A stretch of 43,538 bases of DNA from positions 1-43,538 of the forward strand of contig JAIPIQ010000003.1 of the NCBI GenBank assembly GCA_021734645.1, read 5' to 3'. The translations under genes and the position numbers were made by a program. Source of the stretch: Fidelibacterota bacterium (GTDB lineage Bacteria; Verrucomicrobiota; Kiritimatiellia; JAIPIQ01). Each line of letters begins with the position of its first letter. The stretch's first letter is position 1. Positions 28,808 to 37,212 of the stretch are shown here, in pieces. A model generated the notes under the pieces. The model was not told the DNA's origin. It did no database searches and saw nothing but the letters and a program-made list of their open reading frames with translations.

Positions 28808-30372
28808 GTTCACGTATTTTCATCAGCAGCGTCCAAAAGGAGTTCAAGGCAGAGCGAACCGCCCTCGCCCGGTTTATTGCGGATGATCCGCTACTCGGAA
28901 AACAATTTGAAACCTTTGTTTTCGAACGGGATGTACCGGCCACGGACCGACGCCCGGATGCGGTCTACCTCGACGAATTGGCCCGCTGCGACCTCTACCT
29001 GGGTCTGTTTGGCGACGAATATGGCTGGGAAAACAGCGATGGCCTTTCGCCGACCCATTTGGAATTCAACAAGGCTGCCGAACTGCACATTCCCCGGTTG
29101 ATTTACGTCAAAGGACAAGACGATCAAAACAAGCACCCGAAGATGCGCAACCTGATTCACGCTGCTGGGAACGAAATCATACGGCGACGCTTCGAGTCCT
29201 ACGACGATTTACGCGCCAATATCTACGCCAGCCTCGTAAGTCATCTGGAATCCACCGGCGTCCTGCACCAGTTGCCGTGGGATGCAACGCCCGCGAGAGG
29301 GGCAACTCTCGGCGATGTGGATGCAAAGGCCATAGCGAAATTCGTCCGGGGCGCCCGCAAGTGGCGCAACTTCCCACTAGCTGAGGATGCCTCGCCCGCC
29401 GAAGTGTTGGACAAGCTTCACATGCTCAATGGGGATGCCCCCACCCAGGGAGCCATTCTGCTCTTCGGGCGCGAACCCCAGCGATTCCTGCCCGCCTCCC
29501 TCATCAAATGCGCTCATTTCCATGGAACCACTATCGCCAAACCGATACCCGCTCACTTGGATGTCAGGGGTACCGCATTTGAACTGGTCAATGGTGCTGT
29601 TGATTTCGTCCTGTCAAAAATCAACGTCAGCGTGGGCACCCGTAAACAGAGCAGCCAGGCACCGGTCGCGTATGAAATACCGCTTGAAGTCGTCCGCGAA
29701 GGCATTGTAAATGCCGTAGCCCATCGCGACTACACCAGTAATGCCAGTGTGCAGGTCTCCTTGTTTGCCGACCGCCTGGAAATCTGGAATCCCGGCTATC
29801 TCCCGCCCCCTTTGACCCTTGAGCTACTCCGTCACGAGCATCGTTCCTTCCCCCGTAATTTACTCTTTGCCGAAGCACTCTATCTCGTCCGCTACATCGA
29901 GCGCTACGGAACCGGAACGGGCGACATGATCCGCCTATGCCGGGAGGCAGGCCTGCCCGAGCCCGACTTCCGGTTAACCGACGGTTTCGTCACTATTATT
30001 CAACGGCTCGCCCGCATGAAGTCGGCCCCAATCACCCCGCAAGTGGGCCAGAAACCACGCCAGTCGGGGCCAGAGTCGGACGCCTCACCGACCCAGTCAC
30101 CGACCCAGTCACCGACCCAGTCACCGACCCACTCGACCGACCCAGTCAACCGCCTTTTGCTGGCACTGGAAGTCTGTCCCAAGTCGGCGGGAGAGCTGCG
30201 GCAATCGCTTGACCTCAAGCACAGACCGACCTTTCGCGACAACTACATTTATCCCGCTCTGGCAGCCGGTCTCATCGAGCGCACCATTCCAGACAAACCC
30301 ACCAGCCGCCTCCAGAAATATCGCCTGACCGAAAAAGGCCGCGCCTTGCTTTCCAAATCCGAAACCTCATAG
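28804..30372 (+). CDS. DUF4062 domain + HATPase_c_4 (RecG-C-like) + C-terminal winged-HTH protein
   Basis: 'RIFISSVQKEF..ER', 'SPTHLEF..A'; 'REGIVNAVAHRDY', 'DRLEIWNPG', 'IERYGTG'; 'TIPDKPTSRLQKYRLT'; ATGA overlap with the helicase. Confidence 0.85.
   Translation: MSSRIFISSVQKEFKAERTALARFIADDPLLGKQFETFVFERDVPATDRRPDAVYLDELARCDLYLGLFGDEYGWENSDGLSPTHLEFNKAAELHIPRLIYVKGQDDQNKHPKMRNLIHAAGNEIIRRRFESYDDLRANIYASLVSHLESTGVLHQLPWDATPARGATLGDVDAKAIAKFVRGARKWRNFPLAEDASPAEVLDKLHMLNGDAPTQGAILLFGREPQRFLPASLIKCAHFHGTTIAKPIPAHLDVRGTAFELVNGAVDFVLSKINVSVGTRKQSSQAPVAYEIPLEVVREGIVNAVAHRDYTSNASVQVSLFADRLEIWNPGYLPPPLTLELLRHEHRSFPRNLLFAEALYLVRYIERYGTGTGDMIRLCREAGLPEPDFRLTDGFVTIIQRLARMKSAPITPQVGQKPRQSGPESDASPTQSPTQSPTQSPTHSTDPVNRLLLALEVCPKSAGELRQSLDLKHRPTFRDNYIYPALAAGLIERTIPDKPTSRLQKYRLTEKGRALLSKSETS
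30085..30147 (+). repeat. 12-bp tandem repeat encoding an SPTQ linker
   Basis: (tcaccgacccag)x3 plus degenerate copies. Confidence 0.85.
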
Positions 30373-30407
30373 TTCAATCTTCAACCTGTAACCCTCATCC
30401 TTTAAAA

Positions 30408-33400
30408 ATGACCGACCACCGCCCCCGAATCGCAACCAGCCTGAAAGCCTTCGCCGCTGTACCCGTGCGGCAGGCCGCCCTCGACTTGCTCGGCGCCCTT
30501 GGCTACCGCAGCGACAAAACCGTCGCCCTCGAAGGCTCGAAGCCCGGGGCCTTTCTCGACTTCATCGCGGAACACAACCCCGAGGCCGACTTCGACGAGA
30601 AAAAAGGCCCTCTTCCCCGAGTGGAAATCCGCCGACCTCCTCTTCCAGCTCACCGACGAGGAAATCTCCCGCGAAGCCAGTCTCTTCCAGGACACCACCG
30701 TCAAGCCAGGCCTCCTCCGCTCCTACCTCTTCTTCGCCATCGAGCTGACCGGCGGCGACTACGCCCGCGGCAAGCTCACTGCCATTGCCCGCCAGATCAA
30801 CCGTGTCTTCCCCATGCCCGTTATGGTGCTCATCAAGCACCTCACGGACAAAACCCCCGTCCTCTCCATCGCCGTCCTCAACCGCCGCCAAAACAAAGTG
30901 CGGGCCGACAAGGACGTGCTCGGCAAGGTCACCATCATCCGTGATATCTCCCTCGCCAGCCCCCACCGCGGCCACCTCGACATCCTTGACTCCTTTGCCT
31001 TTGAGAATCTCGTCCACCCACAGAAGAAGCCCATCACCGACTTCGACACCCTCCACGCCGCCTGGGAAGAAGTCTTCAACGTCGAACTCCTCAACAAGCG
31101 CTTCTACAAGGAACTCGCCAACTGGTATTTCTGGGCGCTCCCGCAAGTCGAATTCCCAGCCGACCTTGAACCTGACGCCGAAAAGCGCCGCGCCACTGGC
31201 CTCATCCGCCTGCTCACGCGCCTGGTCTTCTGCTGGTTTCTCAAGGAAAAGAACCTCATCCCCGAGGGACTTTTCCACCCCACCGAGCTCGAAAAGATTC
31301 TCAAGGGCTTCGATCCCGAGAGCGAGACCAGCTCAACCTATTACCAGGCGATCCTGCAAAATCTCTTCTTCGCCACGCTCAATCAACGGATGGGCAAAGA
31401 CAGCAGCGGAAAGCCCTATCGGAGATTCGTGTTCGATGAGGGGTATCCGAAGAACAAAAAGAATCACGACCTGAACAACTATTTTCGATACGAGAAACTC
31501 TTCACGGTAAGTCCTGTGAGGCCCTCGCCCTTTTCGAGGATATTCCATTCCTCAACGGCGGTCTATTTGAATGCCTGGACAAACGCGACGAAGACGACCA
31601 AAAGACCTTCTATCTCGACGGCTTCTCCCGCAACCCCAAAAAACGGCCCCAGGTACCCGACCGCCTCTTTTTCGACAGCGGGGAAACCGCCGACCTTTCC
31701 GAGGTCTATGGCGACAAAAAGCGCAAGTCCGAAAAAGTCACCGGCCTTATCACCATCCTGAACCGCTACAAGTTCACCATCGTCGAGAACACCCCCATCG
31801 ATCAGGAAATTGCCCTCGACCCCGAACTGCTCGGCAAAGTCTTTGAAAACCTCCTCGCTTCCTACAACGAGGAAACCAAAACCACCGCCCGCAAGCAGAC
31901 CGGCTCCTTCTACACCCCGCGCCCCATCGTCGAATACATGGTGGACGAGTCCCTCAAGGCCCACCTCTCCCGCAGCCTGGTCGAAAAGGCCGGCATGAAG
32001 GAGGGCGACGCCAAGACGGGGCTCGACATCCTCTTCACCTACACCGAGCGGGCGCACGCCTTCAGCCCCACCGAAGTGTCCACCCTCATCACCGCCATCG
32101 ACGAGGTGAAAATCCTCGACCCCGCCTGTGGCTCCGGCGCTTTCCCCATGGGCGTGCTCCACAAGCTCGTCTATATCCTTGGCAAACTCGATCCCGACAA
32201 TGACCGGTGGAAACAGACCCAGCTTGCCAAACTCGATTCCGCTCCCATGCGCGAGGAACTCGAACGCGCTTTCGCCGACAACAACGACGACTACGGCCGC
32301 AAGCTCTACCTCATCGAAAACTGCCTCTACGGCGTGGACATCCAACCCATCGCCATCCAAATCTCCAAACTTCGCTTTTTCATCTCCCTTGTTTGCGACC
32401 AGAAGTCCAATCGCGACAAAGCCAAAAACCACGGCATCCGCCCGCTGCCCAATCTCGAAACCAAATTCGTCGCCGCCGATACCCTCATCGGCCTGCCCAT
32501 CCCCGAGCCAGACCTTTTTATAAAGGCGTTGATCGAGCCCATCGAGAAAGAAATTGAACAAGCCTATCACAGCCATTTCGCTATCCAGCGTCGCGATCAA
32601 AAGCTGGCCCTGCAAAAGAAAATCAAAACGCTCCGCCTGAAACTTGCCGACGCCATCGTCAATGGCTTGGGGGCAAGCAAGAATGCTGAAGTAACGAAGA
32701 AGGCGCATCATGTCGCCGCATGGGACCCCTTCGACCCACAATCCTCCGCCGACTTCTTCGATCCGCATTGGATGTTCGGACGGGCTTTGAAGGACGGGTT
32801 TGATGTGGTGATTGGGAACCCGCCGTATGTCCGCGCCGATGAACAGAGCGACTGGAACCAGCACCAACGCCAGCAAATTCTTGCCAGCGGCGATTATGAA
32901 ACCCTTTGGGAGAAGTGGGACCTCTTTGTTCCTTTCATTGAACGCTCATACAAACTCCTCAAGCGTGGCGGGGTCAGCGCCCTGATCGTCTCCGACGCCT
33001 TTTGCCACGCCAAATACGCCCAGAAGTGCCAGAACTGGCTGCTGAAGAACAGCCTCATCCTGCGTCTCGATTTTTGCGGCGACCTTAGAATCTTCGATGC
33101 CGCTGTCCATAACGTCATCCCTTTCATTCAACGGGCCGACGGCACCGAGTGGAAACCCCAACGCCGCGTTCACAAGGAAGTCTTTGGCAATGTCACCTTA
33201 CTGCCAACCGATATGCAGGCAAACTTAACCTACAGGGCGTTTTTCCCAGAGGAGGGCAAGGTAGCTACCTTTTCAGGCGCTACAATATCATTGGACCAGA
33301 TTTGCTATGTATCATACGGATTGCGCCCAAACAGTGATGAAAAGGGAGCCAAAGGTGAATTCTCCACAGCAGCTTTAGTTTCTGAGGAAAAGGATAAAAT

Positions 33401-34067
33401 ACACTGCAAACCCTATGTTGAAGGAAAGCATCTCGGACCTTGGCTGCCACAAACACATTTATGGATTGAATGGGGAACGGATCGGGCTCCTTCTCGTTTT
33501 TGCCGTCCGACATTTGCCGAACTGTATGAGGGCCCAGAAAAAATTCTTGCCCAACGAAGCCCTGGCCCTGATCCTGTAATCTCTTATGACATGCTGCAAC
33601 TCATTTATACACCAGCATGCGTAGGTTTTGTTCCCTGGCACCATCTCTCCGGCGTCCGCAACAACTCGCTCAAGAAAGCCGCGCGTTACGCTGATGAAAA
33701 ACCGCCGCGCCCCGACCTGCCACGCCGCGAGGACCTGGAAAAGACCAGCCGTCGGTTCTCCGTCAAATATTTGCTTGGGGTAATGAATTCCTCGACAGCC
33801 TGCGACTTCCTGCGCGCCAACCGCCGCAGCAACATCCATCTCTACCCCGACGACTGGAAGAAGCTTTCGATTCCGGACGTGCCGTCTGAAGAGCAGCAGC
33901 CCATCATTGATCTGGTCGACCGCATTCTCGCGGCCAAGACCGCCGACCCAGCCGCCGATATTGCCGCTTTCGAAGCCGAGATTGACCGCCTTGTCTCCTC
34001 CCTGTACGGCATCACGGCCACCGACATCGAGATTGCGGAGAGCAAGAAAGGGGCACAACCAACGTGA
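30408..34067 (+). pseudogene. Eco57I/type IIG-like N6-adenine DNA methyltransferase, split by two frameshifts
   Basis: Extra A in an A6 run at about 30600-30605 and a 1-nt loss at about 31510-31518. Reconstructed protein has 'IPFLNGGLFECLD', 'LDPELLGKVFENLL', 'GSFYTPR', motif I 'ILDPACGSGAF', motif IV 'GNPPY' and a C-terminal TRD. Confidence 0.85.
31938..34067 (+). CDS. largest intact ORF of the methyltransferase (catalytic core and TRD)
   Basis: Contains DPACGSG and NPPY; the same frame is open upstream to the frameshift at about 31515. Confidence 0.6.
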   Translation: MVDESLKAHLSRSLVEKAGMKEGDAKTGLDILFTYTERAHAFSPTEVSTLITAIDEVKILDPACGSGAFPMGVLHKLVYILGKLDPDNDRWKQTQLAKLDSAPMREELERAFADNNDDYGRKLYLIENCLYGVDIQPIAIQISKLRFFISLVCDQKSNRDKAKNHGIRPLPNLETKFVAADTLIGLPIPEPDLFIKALIEPIEKEIEQAYHSHFAIQRRDQKLALQKKIKTLRLKLADAIVNGLGASKNAEVTKKAHHVAAWDPFDPQSSADFFDPHWMFGRALKDGFDVVIGNPPYVRADEQSDWNQHQRQQILASGDYETLWEKWDLFVPFIERSYKLLKRGGVSALIVSDAFCHAKYAQKCQNWLLKNSLILRLDFCGDLRIFDAAVHNVIPFIQRADGTEWKPQRRVHKEVFGNVTLLPTDMQANLTYRAFFPEEGKVATFSGATISLDQICYVSYGLRPNSDEKGAKGEFSTAALVSEEKDKIHCKPYVEGKHLGPWLPQTHLWIEWGTDRAPSRFCRPTFAELYEGPEKILAQRSPGPDPVISYDMLQLIYTPACVGFVPWHHLSGVRNNSLKKAARYADEKPPRPDLPRREDLEKTSRRFSVKYLLGVMNSSTACDFLRANRRSNIHLYPDDWKKLSIPDVPSEEQQPIIDLVDRILAAKTADPAADIAAFEAEIDRLVSSLYGITATDIEIAESKKGAQPT

Positions 34068-34351
34068 GACAAAAAAGGCAGGAAGTTGCCGTCGCACCTG
34101 ATCTCCAAGACCGGATATTCACCGTCCGGGGGGAGAAAGTGATTCTGGATAGTGACCTGGCGGAAATCTACGGGGTGGAAACCAAGATCCTCAACATGGC
34201 GGTAGCCAGGAATCTCAAGCGGTTTCCCCCAGATCATGCATTTCGCCTTACGCAGCAAGAACGTACAAACTTGAGGTTCTAAAATGGAACCTCAAGTTCA
34301 GCGTGGGGTGGCAGGCGATACCCTCCATGGGTATTCACCGAAAAATATTAG
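34064..34351 (+). pseudogene. ORF6N (KilA-N-like) DNA-binding protein, nonsense-interrupted and truncated
   Basis: 'RIFTVRGEKVILDSDLAEIYGVETK.LN.AV.RN..RFP'; TAA at 34280-82 followed in frame by NGTSSSAWGGRRYPPWVFTE, then homology ends. Confidence 0.85.
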
Positions 34352-34440
34352 GACACGCATATATTTGCGCCCGCCACCGATTTCGGATGGCGCCCGGATA
34401 ACGCCCCAGGGTCTGTCCCCATATCAGTGAACTGTGATCC

Positions 34441-34499
34441 GTAGCGCAGGCGTCTCACCTGCATCCTTTCTTCCTCTGCAGGCGGGCCGCCTGCGCGAC
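34441..34499. repeat. GTAG-type REP-like inverted pair (REPIN-like)
   Basis: gtagcgcaggcgtctcacctgca ... tgcaggcgggccgcctgcgcgac, 19/23 complementary; each arm has an internal hairpin. Confidence 0.65.
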
Positions 34500-34526
34500 G
34501 GAGACGCGCCAGCCGCGGCTTCTTCG

Positions 34527-34577
34527 CCATTACAGCCGCTGGAACGGAATTCGCGCTCCATTACAGGCGCTGGAACG
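34527..34577. repeat. 20-bp direct repeat pair
   Basis: ccattacagccgctggaacg (34527-46) and ccattacaggcgctggaacg (34558-77), 19/20 identical. Confidence 0.75.
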
Positions 34578-34605
34578 CGCCAACGTGTTTCACTCGTCAG
34601 TGCCG

Positions 34606-34684
34606 GACGCCCGACACTCGACGCCCGACTCCCAGGGGGAAGGCCGAAGACAGGTAATTCGTCGGGCGTCCGGCGTCGGGCGTC
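34606..34684. repeat. inverted repeat built from 7-mer units
   Basis: gacgccc-gacactc-gacgccc-gac ... gtcgggc-gtccggc-gtcgggc-gtc, 21/24 complementary. Confidence 0.7.
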
Positions 34685-34928
34685 ATTGCCGCGCACCGGC
34701 CCTGCGCAAGCCGAGGAATATGGGAAGAGGGACAGTGGGAAGAGGGACAGAGAAGTCGTGCCCCGTATGCCCATACGCCCGCCGGGCCCACGACGTCCGG
34801 GGCCGCCGGCCCCGGCTACAGCAATTCCAGTCTGGAGCGGATACATTCTACGTCCCTGAGCTACGTTGTCGATCTGTGTCAGGCGGGCGCGCTTGCTTTT
34901 GGGCGGTGAGCGTTTAAGTTGTTTGCTT

Positions 34929-35459
34929 ATGAATGATCGGCAATCTGAACTGGACGGTCGGCGGGGCGGGTGGTCGCGTGTGCGCATCCTGCTGGTGGGG
35001 CGCAATGTGCGCCGGACGCTGCTGCGGACCCTGTTATGGGCCGGGTTGGCCGTGGTGTTGGCGGGCTTGTTATTTCGTCCCATTTGGACGGATGGGTTGA
35101 GCATGGCGCCGACGGTCAATGACGATGCTTTGCGGTTTGCCAACCTGCTGGCTTACCGGTACCGGGCTCCGCGCCGCGGGGAGATCGTGGTGATTCGCGG
35201 GCCGGGCGGGCGTCTGCTTTATCTCAAGCGGATACTGGCGTTGCCGGGGGAGACGGTAGCCTTTGCGGACGGTCAGTTGCGCATCAACGCGGCGCCGATG
35301 CCGGAGCCCTATGTGCGGCTGCGGGGGGGCTGGAACATGGATCCGATCACCCTGGACGCGGACGCCTATTTTGTGGCGGGGGACAATCGGGGGTCGCCCC
35401 TGGGCGACCATGTGGCGGGGGTGGTGCGGCGGCGGCGGCTGGCGGGGGCTTTGTGGTGA
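34929..35459 (+). CDS. lepB: signal peptidase I
   Basis: TM helix, catalytic 'GLSMAPT', 'RGEIVV', 'YLKRILALPGE', 'GDNR'. Confidence 0.8.
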   Translation: MNDRQSELDGRRGGWSRVRILLVGRNVRRTLLRTLLWAGLAVVLAGLLFRPIWTDGLSMAPTVNDDALRFANLLAYRYRAPRRGEIVVIRGPGGRLLYLKRILALPGETVAFADGQLRINAAPMPEPYVRLRGGWNMDPITLDADAYFVAGDNRGSPLGDHVAGVVRRRRLAGALW

Positions 35460-35992
35460 GCGGGCGCTGGACCCAGCGGGCGGCGCTGGCCGGCCTGCTG
35501 ATCTTGGTGGCGCTGTGGGGGCTTCAGCGCTACCGCACCCGCGACGAACGTCAATTGCGCCGCCTCACGCGGGAACTTTTCGCGGCGGTTCAGCTTGACG
35601 GCGCGGAGCCGGCGGTGGTCGCCGCCCGCCGGAGCCGGGCCCTGGTCCGCTTCTTCGTGCCGGAACTCACCATCACCATCCGCGACGCGCCGACGGTGAC
35701 CGCGCGGGCCGAATTGATTTCATTGGCTTTCCAGGCCCGGACCCGGCTCGAGTACCTGCGCGCCGAGCTGCATGGTCTCGAGATCGAATGGGATCCGGGG
35801 CGGGATCGGGCCCGCATGCTGCTGGCGGCCCGCCTGACGGCCCGCGGCCGGGGGGAACAGGGCCAGGGCTGGCGTGAATATGAATTCGATTGGATCCGCA
35901 CGGCCGAAGGCTGGCGCTGCCGGGCCATTCGCGAAGCCAGCACCATCGAACGCCCGGTCCCGGCAACCGGCGGCGCGGTGACCGGGAGATGA
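35453..35992 (+). CDS. hypothetical membrane-anchored protein (possibly NTF2-like)
   Basis: N-terminal TM helix; C-terminal 'W.RTAEGWR'; overlaps the lepB stop. Confidence 0.55.
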   Translation: MVSGRWTQRAALAGLLILVALWGLQRYRTRDERQLRRLTRELFAAVQLDGAEPAVVAARRSRALVRFFVPELTITIRDAPTVTARAELISLAFQARTRLEYLRAELHGLEIEWDPGRDRARMLLAARLTARGRGEQGQGWREYEFDWIRTAEGWRCRAIREASTIERPVPATGGAVTGR

Positions 35993-35999
35993 ATCAAAC

Positions 36000-37031
36000 A
36001 TGCAAAGGGTAGTCGTAGCGGGTTTTCTTGGGGCCGGCAAGACCACGTTGTTGCTCGAGCTGGCCAAACGCTACACGGAGGCCGGCTTCAAGATCGCCAT
36101 CATTGAAAACGAGGCCGGGCAGCAGGGGATCGACGGAGCCATATTGAGCAGCGCAGGCTACCAAGTCCGGGAAATCTATGCCGGTTGCATCTGCTGTACC
36201 TTGCAAGGCCATCTGACCACAGCCCTCGATGACATTTATGACAATTATCATCCGGATATTTTGCTGGTTGAGCCCTCCGGCATCGCCTCGCCCGGCATGA
36301 TCAAGGACGCGCTCTGGAATCATAAGAAAGGCGAGCAGGGAACGTTGAGTTTACTCATGCTGCTGGATCTGGCGCGGCTGGCTGCCATCCAGGAAAAGGC
36401 CAGCTTCTTCATTGAACGCAGCCTCCAGGACGCGGACATCGTCGTTCTGACCAAGACCGATCTGGTCGCGGGTCCAGTGTTCGGTGAAGCGGAAGCGTTC
36501 ATCCGGCTAAACAACCCGCAGGCGCCCATCGTTCGTCTGGATTACCGGGATGCGGGAACGCTCAGTGCTTTAATCAATCACATCAGTCATTTCCATGCCC
36601 GGCAGATGAATACCGGCAACCAGGTCTTTGACTCGTTTCGATATTTCACGGCGGTTTCCCGAGAACAAACGGGATCTGTCGCGCGGCGCCTTGGTTCCGA
36701 AGAGCTCAGGAAATATTTAGCGGAAATTCTGCAGGGCATCGCAGCCGGGCTGCGGGACGCGGGAAAACCCCTGATCGGACATATTAAATGCCTTTTGAAG
36801 CCCGTGGGCGCGGGCTATTTGACGGCCAGCCTGCTGGATTATGACAACACCATTTACCATGGCGGCGAGCTGGGCGCTCTGGAAGGCGACTACGCATTCC
36901 GCATCAACGCGGTACTGGTTGATTTTGAAAAAGAGAAGCTGGAACGCATCCTCACGCAAGGGCTGGAGACGTTTCCGCGAGGTCCTTCCGGGTTTCCGGG
37001 GGGATTCTTTACTGCACATTCTGCCGAATAA
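36000..37031 (+). CDS. CobW/HypB/UreG (G3E) GTPase with C-terminal extension
   Basis: 'GFLGAGKTT', 'IENEAG', 'GCICC', 'VEPSG', 'TKTD'. Confidence 0.88.
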   Translation: MQRVVVAGFLGAGKTTLLLELAKRYTEAGFKIAIIENEAGQQGIDGAILSSAGYQVREIYAGCICCTLQGHLTTALDDIYDNYHPDILLVEPSGIASPGMIKDALWNHKKGEQGTLSLLMLLDLARLAAIQEKASFFIERSLQDADIVVLTKTDLVAGPVFGEAEAFIRLNNPQAPIVRLDYRDAGTLSALINHISHFHARQMNTGNQVFDSFRYFTAVSREQTGSVARRLGSEELRKYLAEILQGIAAGLRDAGKPLIGHIKCLLKPVGAGYLTASLLDYDNTIYHGGELGALEGDYAFRINAVLVDFEKEKLERILTQGLETFPRGPSGFPGGFFTAHSAE

Positions 37032-37034
37032 GCG

Positions 37035-37212
37035 AAGAGATCAGCGTGTAGGAGTAGGTGTAAGAGTAAGTGAAAGGCACTCTCTGGCCGCTCATCACCG
37101 CCCGCCCTGAATCGCAGATCCCGCCGACGGTGCTTCGCGGGGCTTGGCGCGAGGGCGCGCAGTGAGGGAAGAAATCCGTACTCGTACACGTACTCCTACA
37201 CTCGAATCTCTT
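37035..37212. repeat. inverted repeat of hexamer arrays
   Basis: 37035-37070 (gtgtag-gagtag-gtgtaa-gagtaa) versus 37177-37212 (gtactc-gtacac-gtactc-ctacac), 30/36 complementary. Confidence 0.75.

Noticed and set aside
30085-30147. SPTQ repeat as a phase-variation switch
   Set aside because: The 12-bp unit preserves the frame; such linkers are common in this protein class.
30597-30609. A_AAA_AAG as a programmed -1 frameshift site
   Set aside because: Joining the MTase fragments needs a +1 shift, the opposite direction.
25493-34067. Assignment to DISARM, BREX or Hma
   Set aside because: No DUF1998/DrmA and no PglZ/BrxC in the window; the MTase is an NPPY amino-MTase, not the m5C type of Hma.
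34527-34577. Possible mini-CRISPR array
   Set aside because: Only two 20-bp copies with an 11-nt spacer, and no cas genes.
34424-35143. ORFs of 239, 141 and 110 aa across the repeat cluster
   Set aside because: Low-complexity translations of repeats or antisense to lepB.
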